From Candidatus Latescibacterota bacterium (GTDB lineage Bacteria > Krumholzibacteriota > Krumholzibacteriia > WVZY01), in NCBI GenBank assembly GCA_963791045.1, contig CAWBQK010000006.1:192001-256000 (forward strand): DNA of 64,000 bases, given 5' to 3'. Position 1 is the first letter of the stretch, and every line of letters begins with the position of its first letter. A program made the position numbers and the translations under genes. Below are positions 32,857 to 44,908 of this stretch, one piece after another. Under the pieces are notes generated by a model. It did not search any database. It was not told the DNA's origin and saw only the letters and a program-made list of their open reading frames with translations.

Positions 32857-33273
32857 ATGGCGGATATCGTCAAGAAAGTGACCTACTGCAACACCGTCGT
32901 CACCAACCGCGCCGCTCAGGGCGTCAAGGTGCTTGCTGAACTCCAGCGTGTTGGGGTCAACCTCACCGCGTTCAGCGGATTTCCAACAAAGGGCGGCAAA
33001 GCTAAGCTCGATTTTGTCACCGAGGATATCGGCGCTGTTCGAAAGGTCTTCAGAGAGAACGGATGGGAACTGAGTAAGCCCAAAAAGGGCTTTCTCATCC
33101 ACGGGGCCGACGGCGTTGGTGTTGCTTTCAAACACATAAAGAAGCTCGCCGACGAGAATATCAGTATTACGGCGGCGGACGCGGTCTACGCGGGCAAGGG
33201 GCGTTTCGGGATGATTCTTTGGGTAAAACCGAAGGATTACCGCAAGGCGGCGAGGCTTCTCAAAGCCAAGTGA
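32857..33273 (+). CDS. Tandem ACT-domain protein
   Basis: Two beta-alpha-beta ACT-like units (NRAAQGVKVLAELQRVGVNL; DGVGVAFKHIKKLADENISI); RBS GGAGG. Confidence 0.7.
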   Translation: MADIVKKVTYCNTVVTNRAAQGVKVLAELQRVGVNLTAFSGFPTKGGKAKLDFVTEDIGAVRKVFRENGWELSKPKKGFLIHGADGVGVAFKHIKKLADENISITAADAVYAGKGRFGMILWVKPKDYRKAARLLKAK

Positions 33274-33319
33274 GCGTGCGCGGGTGGCTGTTTACGGTTT
33301 GGGTTGTTGAAGCTTCTGA

Positions 33320-33515
33320 GCCAAGCACCCACACTTCGCTTCGCTCGCCGGTGGGGCCCCCGAAGCGGCGAAGCGGAGCGAGCGCCGAGCGGGAGGACCT
33401 TGGCGCTCGAGTCCCACAGTCTCTAAGCCGGCGGAGTCGGAGCGAGCACGCGTGGGCTTACCGCTGAGGTAGTTGCAGCATCTGAGCACGACACCCCGCA
33501 CTCCGCTTCGCTACG
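33320..33515. repeat. Structured REP-like intergenic element between convergent genes
   Basis: Nested inverted repeats (CTTCGCT/GCGAAG; AAGCACCCAC...GTGGGCTT). Shares CGAAGCGGAGCGAG (33369-33382) with 13750-13763. Confidence 0.45.
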
Positions 33516-33558
33516 GGAAATCGGCGACAGGACCCGCGCTCCGTTTATTTTTAGGTAG

Positions 33559-33981
33559 TTAGTCGTCTTCGCTGGCGTCGCGGCGTTGGCGCTTTCTTGC
33601 GCCGCGGTGGCGTTTGTCTTCCAAACGGCGTTCCTTCGAAGCCTTCGTCGGCCTTGTTTTCCGGCGCGGCTTTGGTGGGGTTGCCGCTTTCTTTATCATT
33701 GCGACGAGTCGTTCGATCGCGTCTTCGCGGTTGGCCTGCTGGGTCCGGTGCCGCTGCGCGGTTATTACGAGCACGCCCTCGTCGGTCATTCTTTTCCCCG
33801 CAAGCTTTAACAATCTTCGCCGGATGTCGTTGGTTAGCGACGGCGATCCCTTCACATCAAAACGTAGCTGGACGGCCGTCGACACCTTGTTGACGTTCTG
33901 ACCCCCAGGGCCCGAGGATCGGATGAATTCGAGGTGGATCTCGTCCTCGGCGATGGAGAGTGTGTCGGTAATGGAAATCAC
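33559..33981 (-). CDS. arfB: Alternative ribosome rescue peptidyl-tRNA hydrolase ArfB
   Basis: FIRSSGPGGQNVNKVSTAVQLRFD, HRTQQANREDA, basic tail RRKTRPTKASKERRLEDK. Confidence 0.95.
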   Translation of the reverse strand: MISITDTLSIAEDEIHLEFIRSSGPGGQNVNKVSTAVQLRFDVKGSPSLTNDIRRRLLKLAGKRMTDEGVLVITAQRHRTQQANREDAIERLVAMIKKAATPPKPRRKTRPTKASKERRLEDKRHRGARKRQRRDASEDD

Positions 33982-34118
33982 GTCGGGCACCGTTCTTGTG
34001 GCTGGGGTTCGTGCCCAGTGAACAAGACTCCTCAGAAAAACGCAACCGCAAATCACTTTTTGCCGTAGATCCTTAAATATTAGGAGGTCGGATCGAAAAA
34101 GCGGGGAGGCCACGTCGC

Positions 34119-36432
34119 ATGAATCAACGTACGCTCGTTGTCGGCTTGATGTCGATCACGCTCCTCTCACTGGAGCTCGTTTGGACTCGGTTATTCTCGG
34201 CCGAGTTTTTTTACACCTATGCATTCTTGATGCTTTCGCTCGCCGTGATGGGGATGGGTCTTGGAGCGCTGGGCGCGCGGCTGTGTCCCGGGGTTCGATC
34301 GGCCCGAGCTGGAATGGGTGTTTGGCTTGCGTTCGCCGGCGTGTTCGCGATACTGGGGCCTCCCATGGTTTTTCGGCTGGGGATTGATTTCGCGTTGATG
34401 TTTACGGAAACTGGGTGATGATAGGGCGATTTGTCCTGACCCTCCTGCTTGCTCGGGATGCCGTTTTTTTTGGCGGAATCGCGCTGGCCATCGTCGTTCA
34501 AGAGGCACCATGAGGAAATGCCCGGCTGTATTCGGCGGATCTTATCGGCGCCGGCCTAGGTGTTTTTGTGGCGATCGTATTCATGAACAAGATGGGCACG
34601 CCGACCGCTGTCTTCTGGCTGGCCATTGCCAATGCTCTTGGCAGCGCTGGTGGCGGCGCGCTGGTGGTTCAAGATCATTCCCCGTCGGGTAATCATCGTG
34701 CTTGTTTTTCTGATGGACGGACGCGCCGACACGCTTCTCGAGGCAGCAAAGGGAAGAACGGGCTCCCGTGCTATACAAGCACTGGGATGCGATGTCCAAG
34801 GTCAAGATGTACATCTACGGCGGGTATTACAGGGGAATCAATGTCGACAACGTCGCGAACTCGCCGGTGATTCCTTTCGACGGCGATTGGGAAGCGTTCG
34901 AGAAGGAGATGGGTCCCGAAGGGTGGAACATCGATGTGGGTATCTGATCGATCAGTTCGATGACTGCACGTTTCTGTCACTGGGATCGGGGGGCGGGTCA
35001 GGATGTGATTCAGGCGCTGATGTACGGTGCTACGGAAATCCACGCGGTCGAGGTCAATCCGCACATCAACAAGATGATGCTCGAGGGCGACCCAAAAGGG
35101 TATATCGTCCGGGATTCATCGGTGGTCGATTCGACGGGACGGCTCGTCACCTGCGCCGAGTTTTCGGGACACATATTCAAAGATCCAAGAGTGAAGGTAA
35201 TCAGCGAGGATGCGCGCACCTATGTCCGGCGGCACAAAAACAAATTTGATGTCATTTACTCGTTGAGCTCGAATACATGGGCGGCGTTCGGGTCGGGGTC
35301 ATTCGCGCTGGCGGAAAACTATATCTTTACCACCGAAGCATTCAAAGACTACTGGCAAGCGCTCACCGACGACGGTTTTTTGTCGATGGAGCACCAGGTG
35401 TACATGCCGCGTCTCGTCGCGGAGTTGATAGACGCGTTGAACGATCTCGGTGTGGAGAATCCGACCGATCATTTCACCGTCTACAATTTGCCCAAGCTCC
35501 GCCGCAACCTCCTGCTCCTCTCGAAGCGCCCGCTCACCGATGAGATTCGCCGCGACGCCTACAAGGCGATGCGCGACGAGAGACACGATTTTATCGAGTA
35601 TCTCTACCCGGCCCCCGATTCGCTCGAATCAAACATTGTGAATCAGATCGTCACCAATGGGTGGAGGGCCGCCGCCGACTCGTCGAAGATCAACATATCA
35701 CCGTGCACCGACGATCGGCCGTTTGTGGCGCAGTTGGGGCTGTGGCGCAATTTTACGCGCGAAAAACTCGATGGAATCAACCCGTATGCGGAGTTCAGCG
35801 GATTCCCGGTGTCAAAAATCATCATATTCACGATTCTTGCCGTGGTTATTGTATTGATGATTCCACTGATGTTCGTCCCCTATCTGACGCGGGGCGAGAA
35901 GCTTTGTCCGGCGGGATGGTTGTACTTCTTCCTCATCGGCGTTGCGTTTATGTCGGTCGAGGTTGTCTTGATCCAGAAATACGCGCTCTTTATCGGCGCG
36001 TCGGTATATTCGATAGCTACGGTTCTCCTGTCGCTTCTTATTGCGTCGGGTGTGGGGAGCCGGTTTGCCGGGCGCGTACCGGTGAGTTCGGCGTTCTTTG
36101 GAATTCTCGTGTGGATTCTTGTCGAGCTTTTCCTTTTGAAATTCATTACGGCATCTCTCACCGGTCTTCCGATGATCGCGCGGGCGATTGCAGCGGGCGC
36201 GCTTGTGTTTCCCCTTGGGTTCTTTATGGGAATCCCGTTCCCGAAGGGCGCGCTTCGTGTAGGCACGCTCGTCGACTGGGGGTTTGCCGTCAATGGCGTC
36301 GCGTCGGTCCTCGGCGGGACGGCCATTGTACTCGTGTCGTTCACATGGGGATTCGCCGTCGCGCTCCAGGTTGCGGCCGTATGCTACGCGGCGGCGTGGC
36401 TCCTCATGTCGATGGAATCGCTTTGGAATTAA
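34119..36432 (+). CDS. Membrane protein with a spermidine-synthase-like SAM-binding domain (frameshifted)
   Basis: N-terminal transmembrane region (LELVWTRLFS); LGSGAG-like loop, IHAVEVNPHI, EDARTYV, LAENYIFTTEAF, TDDRPF, YFFLIGVAFMSVEV, WGFAVNGVASVLG. Confidence 0.8.
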
Positions 36433-36574
36433 CGGTTTTGTGCCGGGATGCGTGTGGCTCGCGCCGCCGCGTCCCGGCTTAGCGCTTGCCCTTTTTTTGA
36501 TCTCGCGTTACATTCTGGTGATAACGGAATCGCAAAACAATCGAAACAAATAGTGCATCGAGCAGGAGGGTTGC

Positions 36575-37066
36575 ATGCCGAGTTATTCGAGCCAGTTTCC
36601 CGATCCCATCGCGCTGGTGACGGCGAAAAGCGGAGATAAAATCAATGTGATGACGGCGGGATGGACTACACCGGTGTCATCGAACCCGCCGATCTTGATG
36701 GTGAGCATCGCGCCGCAGCGATTCACCCACGATCTCATCCTGGAGTCGGGCGAGTTTGGTTTGTCGATCCTTGCCGACGATCAGAAGGCGCTTTCCGAGC
36801 TTGCCGGAACGTTGTCGGGTAAAAAAGAAGACAAGATAGTGCGGCCCGAGTTCGAACTCATCGACGCGGAAAAAATAAGCGCGCCGCTGATTGCCGGCGC
36901 GCGTGCGTGGATCGAATGCTCGTTGGATTCCCATCATACGGTGGGGGACCACACGGTATTTTATGGCAACGTCCTCAAAACCACCTTCGACAATACCAAG
37001 TCGCCGCTTGTTCTTTTCTTTCGAAAGTACTACGGTCTTGGCGAAGTGAAGGGACTGTATCCTTAG
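36575..37066 (+). CDS. Flavin reductase-like protein (split barrel)
   Basis: NVMTAGWTTPVSSNPP, GEFGLSIL, APLIAGARAWIEC, GDHTVFYG. Confidence 0.9.
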   Translation: MPSYSSQFPDPIALVTAKSGDKINVMTAGWTTPVSSNPPILMVSIAPQRFTHDLILESGEFGLSILADDQKALSELAGTLSGKKEDKIVRPEFELIDAEKISAPLIAGARAWIECSLDSHHTVGDHTVFYGNVLKTTFDNTKSPLVLFFRKYYGLGEVKGLYP

Positions 37067-37139
37067 GCCGCGGCGGCCCTTTCTTCGACTGTCGATCCAA
37101 CCGCGCGTGTTCGTACTTGAGCACGCGCTTTCAGCGCGC

Positions 37140-39490
37140 TTATTTTGTCACCACCATTTTCCTCGTGTCGGTGTAGCCGGGTGTGATGAGTCGGTAGAAG
37201 TACACACCCGAGGATACCCGTGCGCCGCTGTCATCACGCGCGTCCCACGTGACCGATTTCTCTCCCGGCGCCTCGACTTCATTCTTGAGTGACCGGACGA
37301 GCCGACCGTTTACATCGTACACGACGAGCGATACGTGTCCGCCGCCCGGCGGGACATCATAACGAATAACCGTCGACGGATTGAAGGGGTTCGGCGCGTT
37401 CTGATAGAGTGCGAACTTTTCGGGGACGATTGGATCCGGCTCGACTCCGGTGCCCGGGCTTGTCGGCGAAATCCGGATCGAGTACCAACCTTTTTTGTAG
37501 AGTTTGTTCGCAAAAACGACAAGGCCGTACCAATCGGTCGTTTGGGGAATGAAGATGCCGGTTTCCGAATCGCCGAGCTCCCATTGGGCCGACAAGCGAT
37601 CCGCAAAGTAGTTGCCGTTGCCCGGGTTTCTGAACAGCGAGAGCCGCATATCGGCAAGTCCGCTTCTGGTGAAACCGATTTGATAGGTCTTTCCCGCTTC
37701 CAGATACACATCCCAGATCTTGATGGAGCCGCAACCGCTGGTGTGATCGTAGACTCCCTCAACGGTCGTGTCGTACGGAAACTGTTCGGTGTCGTTGTCC
37801 GTCTGAACCGAGAACGTCTCCCATTGGTCGCCCTCAGTTACATGGGCGTAATAAGTTCCCGTCGCGCTGTGGTTGAAATCACCAACAATGAAAGACGCGC
37901 CGCCAAATGCCGGGGAGTCCGCGAGAAGGGTGCCTTTGCCGTCACACTGTGTGCGGAGAGCGATGCGTTTTAAGTCGCCCTCTGCGGGAAGCACGCCGAT
38001 CACCGACCAGTAGTCGGCGCTCTGTGCGAACGAGAAGTCGTTCGGCCAGCGCGACGTGTACACGCATTCCATTGATGTCAAAGGCATGCAGTCGTTGAGT
38101 TCCTGGACCTGGATCTCGTATCCGCTCGTGTGATCTTTTCGGCTGTCCGCAAACACGACGAGTCCGAAAAAGTCGCTTTGCGGCGCTGTGTAGTTGTGGG
38201 TGCCGCTGGTTGCCAATTCAAACTCCGCACTGACCCTTCCACCCCAGTATTCGCCCGTGCCAGGGTTCTTGTACAGGGAGAGATGTGGATCCTTCTGGCC
38301 CCATTTATTGAAGAAAAACTCGTATTCACGACCCGCGTCGAGATACAAGTCCCAGATCTTGACCCCATTGCACTCGCTGGTGGTTCCCGACATCGTGCCG
38401 ATTTCGTTTCTCGGGGGATAGAACAAATCGGCGCCGCCATCCCACTGGACGGTGAAGTCGAGATCGTACTCGGTGCTCTGCAAGTACGGATACCGGTCGG
38501 CGGGCAGCGGTGCGCTGCCAAAGTCACCGACGACGAGTTCAGTCTGGCCGACTCCCGCGTTGTACGATGAGCCGAGTTGGTTGCCCAGTGCGTCACAGGC
38601 GTCGATCAGGTAGAGGCTCATATCATCTAGTGTGTCGGGAGTTACGGCGAAGGCCGTCCAATAATCCCGTTCCTGGTAAAAGTGAAAATTGTTGGCGGGG
38701 CCGTCGGCAACGGTGTAGAGCTTGTGGTTGGTACAGACGGCATGGTCCATCGGAATGCAGTCGGAGAGTTTTTCGATGTTGATGGAGTAATACCATGATG
38801 ACGACGTGTTCCACGGCACGAACACAACAAAGCCATACCAGTCGCTGGCGGGGGCTGTGTAGAAGTGCCCCGTACTCTGTGGTGATGATATTTCGAATTC
38901 GCTCGCGTCTCGGCCCGCCCAGTAGTCGCCCGTCGAGGGGTTGCGAAAGATCGCCACGTTGGCTGTCAAACCTATCTGGGGGGCGAATGAGAACATGTAC
39001 TCGGCGCCTTCTTCGAGAAAAACATCATAGATCTGGATCATGTTGCAGCCCGCGCCCGTTCCGCCAAGCCAACCGCTTACCCACGGGCCGACGGGAAGTA
39101 TGTCGCCGCCTTGATTCCAATAGACATCATATGCGACATCTCCGCCGTATGTGACTTGCGGGTAATAAGTCCCGATCGCATTGTGATTGAAATCCCCGAC
39201 GATAAAGTCGGTGCCGTCCGTTCCCGTTGAAGATGCCAGCAGCGAACCCGTTCCGCACGAAGGGTACAAATAGATATCCTTGTCATCCGGACTCGACGGG
39301 ACCACTCCCACGACCGCCCAGTAGTGGTAGAACTGATTTATCGAGTAGTCCTGGGGTATGGTGGTCTCGGACTGGCAAACGCCTTCGGTCAGTGCGGTCA
39401 CTGGGCGTCGCGCCGCCTGCCCAGAGCAGGGCGCGCGAGAAAACCGGCCACAAAAACAATTGAGCGGATGGACTTGTTCGAAGCTGTCAT
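37140..39490 (-). CDS. Secreted triple-module protein with a C-terminal FlgD-Ig/T9SS-like domain, paralog A (indel near N-terminus)
   Basis: ATG 39490 with GGAG RBS and a signal peptide; three ~220-aa modules; tail FALYQNAPNPFNPSTVIRYDVP...SSGVYFYRL...RKMVVTK. Confidence 0.8.
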
Positions 39491-39524
39491 CTCGGGCTCC
39501 TTCAGGGGGTTCCCCTTTCAAACT

Positions 39525-41889
39525 CTACTTCATCAAAACCAGTTTCCGTGTCTCGCGGAAGCCCGGTGTTTCAATGCTGTAAAAATACACACCTGACGCG
39601 ACCCGGTTTCCGCTGTTGTCGTCGCCGTGCCATGTGACTGATTTCTCTCCAGGCGAGAGGCTCTCGCTGACAAGCGTTTTGACGAGCCGGCCGTTTACAT
39701 CGAATATTCTTAAACTCACGTTGGCGCCCCCTGACGGAACGTCATATCGGATCACTGTCGACGGGTTGAATGGGTTGGGGCTGTTCTGATAGAGCGCGAA
39801 CTGATCGGGGACGATGGGTTCCGGATCAACGCCGGTTCCAGTCCCGACCTGGTCGATTCGAATCGTGTAAGTGCCCGCGCCTTCCCGCTTGTTTGCAAAC
39901 GCGACGAGCCCGTACCAGTCACTCGCCGGAGGGGAATAGTTGAAGGTGGCATGGGCCGGGGTTTCCCATTCGCTGTTCGCTCTGCCCACCCAATAGTCGC
40001 CGATGCCGGGGTTATAGAAGAGAGCGATGTGAATATCTGATTGCCCGCTGCGTGTGAGTCCGATCTGGTAGGTTTCGCCGGCTTCCAGAAAAACATCCCA
40101 TACTTTCAGTTGGCGACAATCGATACCGAAGTTTCCGAGAGCTCCCTCAACCAATGTATTGAGCGGGAAAATATCTTCGAGTGCGTGAAATGCCACGGTC
40201 GGAATCGAATGAGTACAAGGCATCCGGATCTCCATACGTGATCCGGGCGTTGTACGTCCCCGCGGTAATGTGGTTGAAATCGCCGACGATGAAATCGGCG
40301 CCGTTTACATATCCTGACGTGGCAAGAAGCGTCCCTTCTCCATCGCACTCGGTGAATACATTGATATCTTTGTCATCTCCCTCGCTGGGGACGACTCCGA
40401 CTACGGCCCAGTATAGCCGGCGTCAAACGAAAAGTCCAGAGGGTAGCCAACCGACGTCACGCAGGATTCTGTAGGCAGCGGAGTGCAGTCGTCGTAGCGC
40501 TCGATCTCAACCGAATAGGTGCCCGAGCCGTTTATTGCCTTGCCGAATATGACAAGGCCGAAGACATCGCTTGCAGGGGCGGTGAACACGTAGCCCGTTA
40601 TGGGGTTCGAGACTCCCAATCGGCGTATGGACGTCCCCCCAGTACTCTGTGTCGCCGTTGAGATTCTGATAGAGAGCCACATGATGTTGGCGTCTCCTGT
40701 CTCCTCAAAATTGAGGCGGTATTCCATGCCGCCCTGGAGACCGAGGTCATATACATCAATGAGGTTGCAGCCCGTAGAGGTGGTGTTGATCACGCCGGAT
40801 ACGCCGGGCGCACCCACGGGACAGTAATTGGGACCATCCTTCCACTGGACCAGGTAATTTTGGTCGGCGCTCCCGTCGAAGACAACGGGGTAAACCGTGT
40901 GTGGGAACGCGTGGTTGAGATCGCCCGCGATGATCATGGTGTTGCCGGGAAAGGCGGGTGCCGACACTGCGAGATCCGTTCCGCCTTTGTCACATTCACT
41001 GTACAGATACAACCCTTTGGTGTCCGTGGGCTGGCCGATCATCGCCATTGCCACCCAGGACGTCGAAGTCGGTGCTAATCTCGTAGTCCGTCGCCGGGCC
41101 ACCCCCTGGCGAATATATTGGGGTGTAAAAACAATCGCCCGGATCGAGCGCTATGCAGTCGTTGAGTTTTTCGATTGTGATGCGAGTCGCTGCGCCATAG
41201 GATGCTACCTCGCTTGGAAAGGCGACAAGCCCATACCAGTCCGTTGCCGGGGGGACGTAGACGAACGCCGCCGTGTTTTCGTCGATCTTCCATTCACTGT
41301 CGCCGCGTCCTGCCCAATAGTCTGAAGTGCCGGGGTTTCTGAAGAGTGAGAGAAACACATCGGGGTGGGCACCGACTTCCATTTCAACTCTGTACTCAAC
41401 TCCTTCCTCGAGAAAGATATCCCAGATGCGGACGAGATTGCACGGCGAGGGGCTGCCTCCCGTCGTTACCCAGAAACATGTGCTTATGGGGAAGATCTCC
41501 CCGCCGGTTACCCATTCGACCGTGTATAGATCGGTTTCGGTGCCGAAGACAGTTGTCGGGTAGTAAGTGCCCACGGTGTTGTGGTTGAAATCTCCGACGA
41601 TGAAGTCGGTGCCGCTGATTTGTGTCGATGAGGCCAGCACGTCTCCCGCATTGCACTGTGTGTAAAGATAGATGTCCTTGTCGTCGGTGGCGTCCGGCGT
41701 CACGGCGACGACAGTCCAGTACAGCGAGGATTGATTGAATGACCAGTATCTGCCGTTACCTACCGTATCGACGCATGCTTCTGATGTGAGCGGTCTGCAG
41801 GCGTGTGTGTCACCAACGACGCACATGGCGGGAATGAAGAATCCAAGCAGAATAACGATTGAACAAATGCACCTGTGTGAGACTTTCAT
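39525..41889 (-). CDS. Secreted triple-module FlgD-tail protein, paralog B (frameshifted)
   Basis: MKVSHRCICSIVILLGFF signal peptide; modules with DDKDIYLY, DFIVGDFNH, IWDIFLEEG, DWYGLVAF; FlgD tail ending RKLVLMK. Confidence 0.8.
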
Positions 41890-41959
41890 TTCGGGCTCCT
41901 CCGTGAGGGGTGCCCGTGCGTCGAATGTTAACGCTCGAGTCGGCGCGCGGGTCGTTGGA

Positions 41960-42424
41960 CTACTTGTTCCGGCTCTCCAGGTATTCTTCCAGTTTGGCTC
42001 GTTCCTGGGGTGTCAGTCCTTCGATGCCCGGCGCTCGTGGGATGTTTTCGATGGTAGAAAACGCCTCGACTTTTTCCGGCGCGCTCCGTTGTATCTGGTG
42101 CGGACGGTTTTTCGATTGTGCGAGTTTGTCACGCTCGGCCTGTGTCATTCCGGCTTTTGGGTCCCTTTTTATGATCGGCTCGGAGACAGTTCCAACATTG
42201 ATGAATTCCATCGGAACCGATCGCGTTGTCACGGGCAACAGGCGTTTTTCCTTCTCGAGGGCGGTCAAGACATAGGGCTTCATCTCAGGCCCGATCGTGG
42301 ACACCGCGGGCAGTTTTACCGAGTTATCCCCGGCGTAGCCCAGGCCTATCCATATGATCGCCGGAACGAGAAGCACCGCGACGACGATTGTCGCGATAAT
42401 CAATTGTTGTTTGTTGTTCCGCAT
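41960..42424 (-). CDS. Small exported or membrane-anchored protein s1
   Basis: N-terminal hydrophobic helix; three [LM]TxxE[KR]xK motifs; paralog of s2. Confidence 0.8.
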   Translation of the reverse strand: MRNNKQQLIIATIVVAVLLVPAIIWIGLGYAGDNSVKLPAVSTIGPEMKPYVLTALEKEKRLLPVTTRSVPMEFINVGTVSEPIIKRDPKAGMTQAERDKLAQSKNRPHQIQRSAPEKVEAFSTIENIPRAPGIEGLTPQERAKLEEYLESRNK

Positions 42425-42473
42425 TTCAGAATCCCCTTACGTCTGTGAAACAATCGCTACTCCCAATTCGGAT

Positions 42474-44838
42474 TTATTTCATCAAAACCAGTTTCCGGGT
42501 TTCGCGGAATCCCGGAGTTTCAATACTGTAGAAATACACACCGGAAGCGACCCGGTTTCCGCGGTCGTCGTCGCCGTGCCAGGTGGCTGATTTCTCCCCG
42601 GGAGAGAGAGTCTCACTGACAAGAGTTTTGACGAGCCGGCCGTTCACATCGAATATTCTCAAGCTCACACTGGCGCCCCCGGCAGGGACATCATAGCGGA
42701 TCACCGTCGACGGGTTGAATGGATTTGGCGTGTTCTGATAGAGCGCGAACTGATCGGGGACGAGGGGTTCCGGATCAACGCCGGTTCCAGTCCCGACATG
42801 GTCGATTCGAATCGTGTAGGTGCCCGCGCCTTCCCGCTTGTTTGCAAAAGCGACGAGCCCGTACCAGTCGCTCGCCGGTGGGGAATAGTTGAAGGTGGAA
42901 TGAGCCGGGGTTTCCCATTCGCTGTTCGCCCTGCCCACCCAATAGGCGCCGTTGCCGGGATTATGGAAGAGAGCGACGTGAATGTCTGATTGCCCGCTGC
43001 GCGTGAGTCCGATCTGGTAGGCTTCGCCGGCTTCCAGAAAAACATCCCATATTCTAAGCTGGCGACAGTCGATACCGAAGTTTCCCAGCGCTCCCTCAAC
43101 CATAGTATTGAGCGGAAACATGTCCTCGGGCGCGGAAATGCCACGGTCGGAATCGAACGAGTACAAAGCATCCGGATCTCCAAACAGGATCCGGGCGTTG
43201 TACGTCCCCCCGGCAACGTGGTTGAAATCGCCGACGACAAAATCGGCGCCAAAGAGATACTGCGAGCCCGTCAGTTGAGTCCCTTCTCCATCACATCCCG
43301 TATAAACGTGAATATCTTTGTCATCTCCCTCGCTGGGGACGACTCCGACGGCCGCCCAATATCCGCCGGCGTCAAACGAAAAGTCCAGGGGGTAGCCAAC
43401 CGACGTCACACAGGATTCTGTGGGCAGCGGAGTGCAGTCATCGTAGCGCTCGATCTCAAGTGAATAGGTACTCGATCCATCAATTTCATCGCCGAACACG
43501 ACAAGACCATAAATATCGGTGACCGGGGCGGTGAAAACGTAGCTATCCGTGGGATCCGAGAGTTCCCACGCACTATTGTCGCGTCCCTGCCAATACTCCG
43601 CATTGGCAGAGTTGACAAAAAGCGCCACTTGAACGTCGGCGTTGCCGCCTTCCATGAACTTGACGCGATAGTCGACGCCGGCATCGAGTGCAAGATCGTA
43701 GATATCGATAATATCGGTGTCTGTGGTTGTCGTGTTTATGGTCCCAAAAACTCCCGGCGCACCGACGGGAAGTTCGACGGGTCCTTCCGTCCATTGGAAC
43801 ATGTAGTCTGCGCCGACGTCACCGCACCCAATAGTAGGGTAGACGGTGGTTGTTGACGCGTGGTGGAAATCGCCCACAATAACTTCCGTAATTTCCGCGT
43901 AGCTGTTGTTCGACTGGGCTAGCTGCGTTCCTCCCTTGTCACATTCGGTATAGAGGGTCCAAGCACTTGTCGTCCACGTATTGACAGGTCACTGCCATCG
44001 CCATCCAGGTTGACGTAATGGGGGTGATGGCGTAGTCCGTTGCCGGGCCGCTCGCGACCGAATAGAGATGTGTGATTGCACAAACATCGGGCTCAAGCGA
44101 TATGCAGTCGTTTAGTTCCTCGAACCTTACTCCGACCGGCGCCCAAGTAGGCATCGGTTCGTCGGAAAACGCGACAACACCGTACCAATCGGTTGCCGGA
44201 GGAACATATATAAACGGCGGGGTGTCTCCATCGATTTCCCATTCGCTTTCATTTCGCCCGCCCAAGAACTCCGTACTGCCGGGGTTTCTGAAAAGTGAGA
44301 GAAACCCGTAGGGAGGACCCATCGCAATGAAGTCAATACGGTATTCAACGTCTTGCTCGAGATATACGTCCCAGATCCTGACGATAGGACATGCCGCGCC
44401 GGGGTATCCCAGGTTACTGTTTCCAAAAACACTAATGGGAAGGATATCTCCGCCGGTCACCCACTCGAGGGTATACGGATCGGTTTGGCTTCCGTATGAG
44501 GTTTCCGGATAGAAGGTGCCCGCGGCGTTGTGGTTGAAGTCGCCGACAATGAAATCGGTGCCGCTGGTTCCCGTCGAAGTGGCCAGTATGGTCCCTGATG
44601 CGCAGTTTGAATAGAGGGCAATGTCTTTGTCATCGGTTGGTTGCGGCATCACGGCGACGACCGTCCAGAACGCCGCGATCTGGGAGAATGAGAAGTCGCT
44701 GAATACCCCAACTGTGTCGACACAGACTTCCGATGTGAGCGGTCGGCACGGGCGCTTCGTCGCCCGCGATGAACGTCGGGGAATAAGAAATCCAAAGCAG
44801 AATAACGGTAAAAAGATGGATTTGTGTGAGATTTTCAT
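42474..44838 (-). CDS. Secreted triple-module FlgD-tail protein, paralog C (frameshifted)
   Basis: MKISHKSIFLPLFCFGFLI signal peptide; the same three modules; 3' end nearly identical to paralog B. Confidence 0.8.
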
Positions 44839-44908
44839 CTCGGGCTCCTCCGTGGTGTGCCCGTGCGTCGATACTGTTAACGCTTGGGTCGGCGCGCTGG
44901 TCGTCGGA

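Noticed and set aside
39529-43460. DGR TR/VR pair explaining the B/C near-identity
   Set aside because: Both copies are coding, about 1 kb long, and their differences are not restricted to adenines.
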